Assembly: GCF_037042905.1 (NCBI RefSeq) | Contig: NC_087251.1 | Location: 15,254,001 to 15,318,000 of the forward strand | DNA: 64,000 bases | Direction: 5' to 3' | Source: Lytechinus pictus | Taxonomy: Eukaryota | Part shown: one piece after another, positions 43,201-52,200 of the stretch | Layout of the letters: each line of letters begins with the position of its first letter | Numbering within the stretch: position 1 is the first letter of the stretch | Translations under genes and position numbers: made by a program | The notes under the pieces: model-generated | The model's database searches: none | Told to the model about the DNA's origin: nothing | What the model saw: the letters and a program-made list of their open reading frames with translations, nothing else

Positions 43201-46200
43201 TTTTAAAGAAGAAAGTGACATATTGCTGTCAAAAAGTTGTTGATCAAAATACTTTGTAGTTATTCTTAAAAGTGATTTCTCTCTTGGCTCATGTATGGGT
43301 ATTGATACCTGTTATTGCTGATAGAAGAATTCAATTAATTTTCTCCTCCAGATTGTTGTTTTGAAATTTTATCATGGTACTTTTATGGTGCCTTAAAAAT
43401 TTCAAACTTCTTTTCCCCCCTTTTTTTAGGAATTACTGGACTATGGTAAACTCTGGGAATCTGAACAACACCCTCGGCAATGTGCTCACCCTGGTCAAGA
43501 ACAATCTTGGTTCGGAGAATGCACCCTGGATGTCCCGCATTGCAGGTAAGTCCATTACTGGCTGACTGAGGTGTGCCCTGTGGCGCAACTGAATAGACGG
43601 CTGGCATGTCATATTTTTGTGATTATCTCAGTATATATGCAAGTCATCACTTATCTATCAAATGTTTACGTGGATATGGAAATTATACACAAATGAACAA
43701 TGAAAATTAAAACTTAGAATGATAATGATATACTTTTTCTTGATCAGCCACTGCTCAACCAATATTAAACGATGCCCAACCAGAGCTTCTGAAGACCCAC
43801 TTTGTGCCCGTGGTTGAAAAGCTAGAGGAACGAACAACCAAGGTCTCCAAGGCAGAGGAAGATCTGAAAAAGGAATATCCCATGGGTGGACAGGAGATGG
43901 AAGAGGCTGAGTTTGCCATCTTGGAGGTCAGTTCGGTCTTCTCTGACGCTTTTTCTTAATCCTGTCTGTGAAATCATTGATATCTGAATTCTTATCAAAG
44001 AATTACGAATGATAAAGGGGTGTTTCATATCATGAGGAATTAAACTTCAGTTGGATTTTATCTCTTACAGACAGTTCAAGACATTGATTCCTCTCGTCCT
44101 TTCTGGGCCCTGTTTCTTAAAAACTTCTTATTAGGTTACAACATTGATGTTGATTTGCTACCATGCCCTGTTACAATGGTAGTTACCATTATACAAAAGT
44201 TACCATAATAGTAAGTTCTTTCTGAAATAGGCTCCTGGCATTGGTATCTGAGTATGAGGTTAACTACTCATTATTACCAAAGCAGTCTCACAACTCTAAC
44301 ACTCAACCTGAAATTCCCCTATTAAAATTAATTATTTTGCAATTAGAATTCTACTTGTTATGTGTTTCTTTTAGTGCATCTTCTTCTCTTGTATTCATGC
44401 AGGATTACCATTTGATAATCAGGGATCTCTATGCCTTCTACCCTCTCCTCGTCAAGTTTGTTGACTCACAAAGGTACAAAATATATGTTGTATTGTACAT
44501 GTAGATATTATTATAAACAATTCTGATTAGAAATACTAGTAATTGTTGATTTTTATATTCACTTTGAATTTTTGGATCATTGATGCAAATAGTAATTCTT
44601 GATTTTCTTCTCTGATACAAAATGGAGTGAAAGAGTTCATTATATCAGTTGTCAAATTTGAAATTATGGGAATATTTGCATGCAAAGAGTTTAATTTTAT
44701 ATCATGACCTAGAATGAAGTTCAAAATGCAAAAGATACATCTGCATATTGCTTCTTTATTATCTCTTTACCAATTATTCAATGCTAAAGAACTCTTATGA
44801 TCTTATCAAATTAATTTTAGTCTCTAAAATCTGTTTGAAAAGATTGCCCGTTGTAGCTAATTTGACAATCTACATATTATGTTAATGTTGTTCAAACCCA
44901 TAATTGATCAATTTGTTTTACCCTTTCATTCTCTAGGAGTCAGTGGCTCAAGTTACCCTCTCTTGATGCTGAGAAACTTTACTACAAAGTTTCATCAATC
45001 TTCAATTCATGGGCACGATCAGCAGTAAGTAACTGGAAATTTGGCCTTTTCCAGATTGAAAATCACTTTGTCGGCAAATAAAAAGTCCAGTGACTGCTGT
45101 TTTTCCTGCAATGTCATACAGTGTTTAATTTTGTCAAGGGATATGGATTAAAATGTTCAAGAAATATATCATAAGCTTTTTCTGTCAATTTTTTTAACAG
45201 AACTTCCGTCGTGAGGAGCAGAACTACGTGGCCCAGACTGAGGTGGACAGTTCGGCCGCTCTGACCTCCGCGATGTCCAAGTCTGGCGGTGGTGGCGGGA
45301 GCAGCAACTCTCCCTACGGGGGTAGCCTCCCGGGGGATCCGCCGAAGCTCCAGTCGACCGCACCTAAGCGTCCGGACGGTCAGCACGGGAGTCCACCCAG
45401 CCTGATCCTGGCTGCTCTCAAGAGACTGCTCCCCATTGGAATGAATCAGTATGGTGCTAGAGAACAGGAACTGGTCCAACAGGCAAAGCTCAGGTTTGGA
45501 CAGGTGAGTCAGGCCTTTCAAATGAGCTGACATAGTGGTTTAGTGATCTTTTAGTCAATTATTATTGATAGATTTAGCTTTCATTAAGGTTGATGTTGCT
45601 CTTTAATAGTGCAAATAAGGGAAAATTGTGACAGTTATTTCAGTTGAGTTGGTTAGTGATATACAGAACACTATGATCTTCATTATAAGACTTGTTGCAA
45701 CCAATGAATGCATGTATAGCTTGAGAGGTTACTCCTATGTTATAAGAATCAATATAACACTATACATTAATACATACATACATACATACATGTACATACA
45801 TGTAAATTAATCTACTTGTTCAACAAGCTAAGCTCTGGTTTATCTTATCAGGCTTCTACTAAAAATGATGAAGCAATGAGAAACTTTATATGAATAATTG
45901 AGTGGCCAGGATCTGGTCTAGCAGGTTAATCTGAGAGTTGGATTGGCCAGTGAGCCTTTTTACAGTATATTATTGTGTCTTTGTGGCTTTTGATTTTGGT
46001 CAGCTTCAAAATTGAAATAAAATGGTTACCGTTAAATTTAGCTATTCCATGTGAAATAGATTATCAAATATCATCAAATCAAGGGCCCCCAAAACATGGT
46101 AGTTTCTTAGAACTCAAGATGTACATTAGAAATAAAATGTGAATGTATAGAATGTTAATAATTTAAGAACTATCTGAAGTAGATGTGAACAGTCTAGCAT

Positions 46201-49200
46201 ATTTCACAGGTAACAAAGTGTGCTATCAATAATGTCCATGTTGGTTTTATTTTCACTGATGTCACTTGTCCAACCTTACTGAAATTTCCTCTTCTTTATA
46301 TTGTAAATGCTGCCCAGAAAAAAATTACATCTTGTGTATATGCTAAATGAGATCTTTTTTAATTGTACAAATATTGGCTTATACCAGTAAAGTATAAATT
46401 AAGAGCATGTTAGAGTCCTTTTCATGACAATCCAACTCATTTGTTTAGAGATAGGGTAATATCTCTGGCTCAAATCTATCATCACCATGAAAAATTACAA
46501 CAAAAATATTAAATCCAGACATGCCCAGCCTCTAGTCTGATGCATGAGATTTACACACCAGGGACTCTTGCTTGTCGTCACTATATATCTGTCTCATACC
46601 TACAAGTGCAGTACTCCATTCCTTCATACATCATACACAACAATTGGTGATCCCAAGTCAAGATAGTGTGCAGACTAAAATATTGTGTATTATCTGTCTT
46701 TGTGACTACTTATTTTTGTGATTCTGTGTAATTTTAAAGCATTTTCTCTTTTCTCTGCAGAAAGAGACAGACAAGGAAGTGCGTGACTACCTACTCCAGC
46801 AGCTGCATATTCAAGAGAAAGAGAAGGTGGAGGAAACGGCCCGGCTGACAGCCCGTAGTCATGCCCAAGCCTATTTATCACGAAAACCATCCGTATCTTT
46901 CTCATCATCACCACCCTCATCATCATCTTCTGCTTCAGCTCCTGCACTCGCATCTTCTTCTGCTACCAGCACCACTACCAGCACCTCTTCCTCTCCTCCT
47001 CCTTCCTCTTCTTCCTCCTCCTCCCCATCCTCAGTAGCTCCTCAAGAGTCTCCCCAGCCGGCCCACATTAGAACCCGGAGGCAGTCCATAGCCGCCTGGC
47101 AGTCTGCTGCTTCTCGTGTCACTGCTGCTCGCATAACTGCAAGTGTCTTGGGTTTTTCTCTTCCCTTCGTTTCGCTTTTATATTGCTTCAAGTTCCCTAC
47201 CCACTTTCAAGATTTCAATTTGCCCTTGTATAAACGAGCATATGTATCAGCCATAATTTTTACAAAATCCAATCATAGATTTATAAAGTTAGGTCAGTTT
47301 ACCTCTGAATAAACCTTGACCATGATTGAAGAATCCAATGACAGATTTCATTTCCACAAAGAATTCTTAGTTAAGTTTTAGTAAAAAAAAAAAGAAATCA
47401 TGGTGATATGATGAAATGGATAGCAATACAATACAGAGGACTGTAGATTTTAGTAGAAATCAGGATTGTTAACATGTCATGGATATTTTTCATAAAATTT
47501 TAAAACATGGTGCAATTTTCTCATTTAAATAAAAAATACAAATACATAATTCAAAATTCATAATGCTGGCAACATAGTATTTTGATAGGTTTTATAAAAG
47601 ACAAGAATTGAAATTTTTATGTAGGTCTTATTCCTTTGTTTTTTTTACATAATTTTGATGATTTTTAAATGCTGTTTATTATTTTCTTTGTACGGCCTCC
47701 ACTAAAAAATTCATGTGACTTCCAAATGTAAGTCTTTTCCATTTGTCATTATACATTTTTATGACATGAAAATAACAACTAACAAGAGATATCTGTCCAG
47801 TACATATTTTTCCCTTTCCATGCCATATTCCGACCCCTTCATAGAATTATACCATCTGCAATAAAAATGTCCTTGCAATATATATCCTTCATTAAATAAA
47901 CTCTTAATTGTAGTACCTTATAGTAATTGTAGCACCTAAGAATGTTGCCCTTTCTTACAGTATAGGTATACTCTAGCATTAGAGATTCTGTTTTCCTCTT
48001 TTATTTTCATGAAGGGGATGGTGGTATGAAAGATAAAAAATGATATTTGAAAACAATCTTTTTTTTCTTCCTTGGGGGTTGAAAATGCATCTTACATGTA
48101 TATTCAACTGTATGATAAAAAATAATCTTAAATTATAAAAAAAATCAGCTAAAAGAAATGGCTGAAATATATTAGAAACGAAGGGCCATTTTTTTCTCCA
48201 AACCTCATTCATTTGTTACAACAGTTAACAATGTGTTCCCAGATATGAAATGCCAAAAGCCTATTATTGATAGCCCGGCTGGAAACAAAATGCAGGAGGA
48301 ATTACTGAAAATTGATGAGGTTGGAGGAGTGCATGTTGTATTTGATGCTGTGCTGTGGAATTCTTAGTATATTGTTGCTGTTTCCATGTACATTTATTTG
48401 CACAGCCTGTTCACCATGCACTGCTCATCCATCTATCTTCTCTTGAAATGCTGTTAATACCATTCTTAAAAACAAAATTAGTTCTCTTTGAGAGAGAAGG
48501 GAGAAGAAATAATTTCTTCGTATTGAAAAAAAAAATGGGGTTCCTAAAAACAAAATTGATTGTTCTTTCCTTGAGGGAGGGAGAGGGAATAATTTTTTCT
48601 GATTTATAAGATGATTTGGATTCTCAATATCAAAATTAATTGTTCTCTTATTAGAGAGGGGAGAGTGATCATATCTTATTAAAAGAATAATGGGATTCTT
48701 AAAAATGAATTGGAATAAATTAGAAGAGGAAAAAAATATCGATAGATTAAGAAAAAGAGCATAATCATTTAAAGCATAGTTTAATCAAGTTATTAATTAT
48801 ATTTGTTAATAGAATGATTATTTGAATGCATCATATGTGTATTAAATAATGAAGTTTCTGCTTGATTTAACTCTATCAGTTACATGTTTTTAGCTAGACA
48901 TTCCTCTTTTATCCCTGTTCATTGTTTTTTTTTTCTTTACTGCTTTTTAAAATAAGGACCTATTCCCTTAATTTTTCTGAAGATAACCCCATTACCAAAA
49001 TGGTTACTTTATGAAATACAGAGCCTACATAAAACCAAACAAAAAGTCATTACATTAACACACCTTTTTTGTTTTATTCCATATTTTTAAGGTGAAAGGT
49101 CTTCAGAAATCTTTTTTAAGAGAAAAAAATATTGTAATGTTACATCTATATAAGGATTGATGATTATAGCATGACCATTGTGTAACAAATGTAAAGAGCT

Positions 49201-52200
49201 ATAGGAAGCCAAAATTTCTACATATGAAGACCATGCTCATATTGAAATTCTACGTATCCTGATTTTTCATATTTTCTTTTCATACTCTCATACTCTATAA
49301 TACCTTCCAAACTATAGAATGCCCAGTAAAGTTTACCAATATTCATTGTGCATTTGTATTTCTTGTGCTGTGTTTCTATGGGGGTTGTCTAGAGTCATGT
49401 ACAGACAGTGTATGGCCATTATGGTTTCAATTTGCATACAATATGGGTATGTTCTTTACATGTATGCTGCTTCTCTTCCCAAATAACATCTTGTAATATT
49501 GTGTCCAACTTGTGGTTCGGCCATATTCTCTCAATTATGGGCTCCGGTCCTTCCCCTTTAGAAGTGCCCTCATTATTTCTTGGGAAAATGGTAACCCCTA
49601 GTCTTTCCTGTTGATAATATATGTAGTGCGTCCGTGAATGATGAACATTTCCCTTTCATTTCTCTTGAAAAGATCAAGATCATATTTACCTTTGTAATCC
49701 CTTTTAATTTTCTTTTCTCATGAACTTTTGATGATTTAAAATCTCAGTAGTGATATAAAAAAATGTAAGAAACTCCTTAACTTTCCTATATTCTATTTTC
49801 ACCTCTTTTCTGCCCTGTAAATTTCTAAGATATACATGTACATATATATCAATAACTATGCATATTTACTTGTAAATACTAATGTATAGACTTATGGTAA
49901 TATTAATGATCACTTGGCTTCGCCTTTCACAAAATATGGCATATCAATGTATTCTCACATTTATTAACAAAGCTATATTAAGGTCTGAGATTATTATTCA
50001 TTGCAAATTTTAGTAAATGCATATTCTAACTTGCTGCTCTAATCATTCCATTTATTTTCTTTCTTCATAAATTACATGACGGAATATCATATACTCCATG
50101 GCTCATTGATTTATTTGTCTTCAATAAATTTATAAATATTCATCTAACTCTCTTTATATATGAAATATAAAATTTGTGATTGAATTGATTAGATTTCAAA
50201 TTGTAAAGGATTCATACCAGCTTGGAAAAAAAAATGTAATCAAAAGAGGTTAGATTTTGCTTGCTTCATTAGTGGACTTGGCCACATGAATTAATGTTGA
50301 CAATTATCCTCACATAATTTTAGCCCAATCTTATCATGACTAGCATAAGATAACATGAAATGGTTCATAGGATTACATGTAATGTATTATTCATGTTATC
50401 GTTTATGTGGTCTTGACTCCGAAGTGTAATTTCATGTATCTAACGTTCAGCTCGATTTAAGTGTCAGTGACACAACGGCCATTTGTTATAGAAAGCATGA
50501 TCTGAATAAATTCAAATAATGGAAATCCAGCAAAACCATGATATATACATGTATGATATATTTATTAAAAAGTTTTATGCATATTGCTCTGAAGGGATGT
50601 CAAATGGTTGTCTATCACCCATCCTGATATTTGTTTACAAATCTTGGTGTGGCTGGCTTTCCATAGTTGATTGTGATTAATCACAATAAGCAAGGACATT
50701 TCTTTATTAGTATTGGCCTGGGGTTTGAGTGAAGATAATGATCACTGAAGTGTCACCTGGGCCCCCATTTCATTAAAAGTTGGTACAGAATGATAGCAAC
50801 TAATGCTAGAATGTACACTTCCATGACAACAGTGAAAATTCTGATTCCTGATTGGCTCAGGGTTCCAAGCCCATCAGGGAAATCAGGGAAAATTATTTTA
50901 CTTTCTTCCAGTCAGGGAAAAATTAGGGAATTTGATTTTTAAAAATACCTCAAATCAGGGAAAAATCAGGGAATTTTGATCAGCCCAAAAGTCGAGAGCA
51001 CGGTAGACAGTCAGACTCTGTTATATTTTGTTGTAATCAAAACAACATCCATTGAATGACTGGTTATGGTGGTACTAATTAATTTTACATTATTGTTTTT
51101 AATTAATTTTACATTGTTTTTATACTGAAAATACATGTAGTTCACTGCAACAACTTAGAAAACATGCGAAACTGGGAATGTGTTTAAGTAATTATCAGGG
51201 AATTTTGTTTTCTTGAAAAGCTGGAAACCCAGTGGCTCATCCAATATGAAAGATTGGATCCTAAACTGAAAGTTGACATTCCAGTAAGAGTTGCTATCAC
51301 AGCAACTTTTTTATGAAATGGGACCCTGGATGAAATCCTTGCATCTGATTGGCTCAGAGCAAATTTGTCAGTTAAAATCTCTGATAAAATTCTTCATGAA
51401 ACACTCCCCTGGTCTAAGAACCTTGGTTCTTCATAACTAATTTTGATGAGGATCAACTAAATGAACCAAGTGCTGAAGATTGAATCCTTATTTGTTTTAT
51501 TTTGCTTATGATTTTGGTCTTAACAGCAAACAGACTCTAAAGGATGGCAGCGTCATCTATACAACAAGATGGCTGCCAGTAAGCTGGTTCAGGTGGTTGA
51601 ACTTACCAAGGATAAGGTGATTGAACGCATCATCAACATGGCCCAAGTCCTCCATCGACTTCATCAGGTAGGTGAAACTTTCACTTGATCTTGCTTTTCT
51701 TACATTGTACCAGCAATTGCGATAGAAAATTAGTGTATGTTGGTCAGATGATAAGAGAATGATTGCAGAAGATCTAGTAGAGACCATGGTAGAGGGTAAA
51801 TGGGGAAAGGGGTAGACAGTTTAACACTAAGTTCGATGATGTCAAGAAATGTGCAGGCCTTAGTTATTATGTGGTTAAAAAAAGGGTTTGTGAAAAAAGG
51901 CAATAGAAGTGCAGTCGCCAACCACCTTGCTAGGGACAGAATCATATGTATATATGTATGGATGGTGATGATGATGGTGATGATGGTGATGGTGGTGATG
52001 GTGGTGGTGGTGGTGGTGGTGGTGGTGGTGGTGGTGGTGGTGGTGGTGATGATGGTGGTGGTGGTGGTGGTGATGGTGATGATGGTGATGATGATGATGG
52101 TGGTGGTGGTGGTGGTGGTGGTGGTGGTGGTGGTGGTGGTGGTGGTGGTGGTGGTGGTGGTGGTGATGATGATGGTGATGGTGATGGTGATGGTGATGGT

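Noticed and set aside
47961..47965. cag|TATAG|gtata 5-nt microexon-like site
   Set aside because: No clear phase-compatible upstream donor identified.
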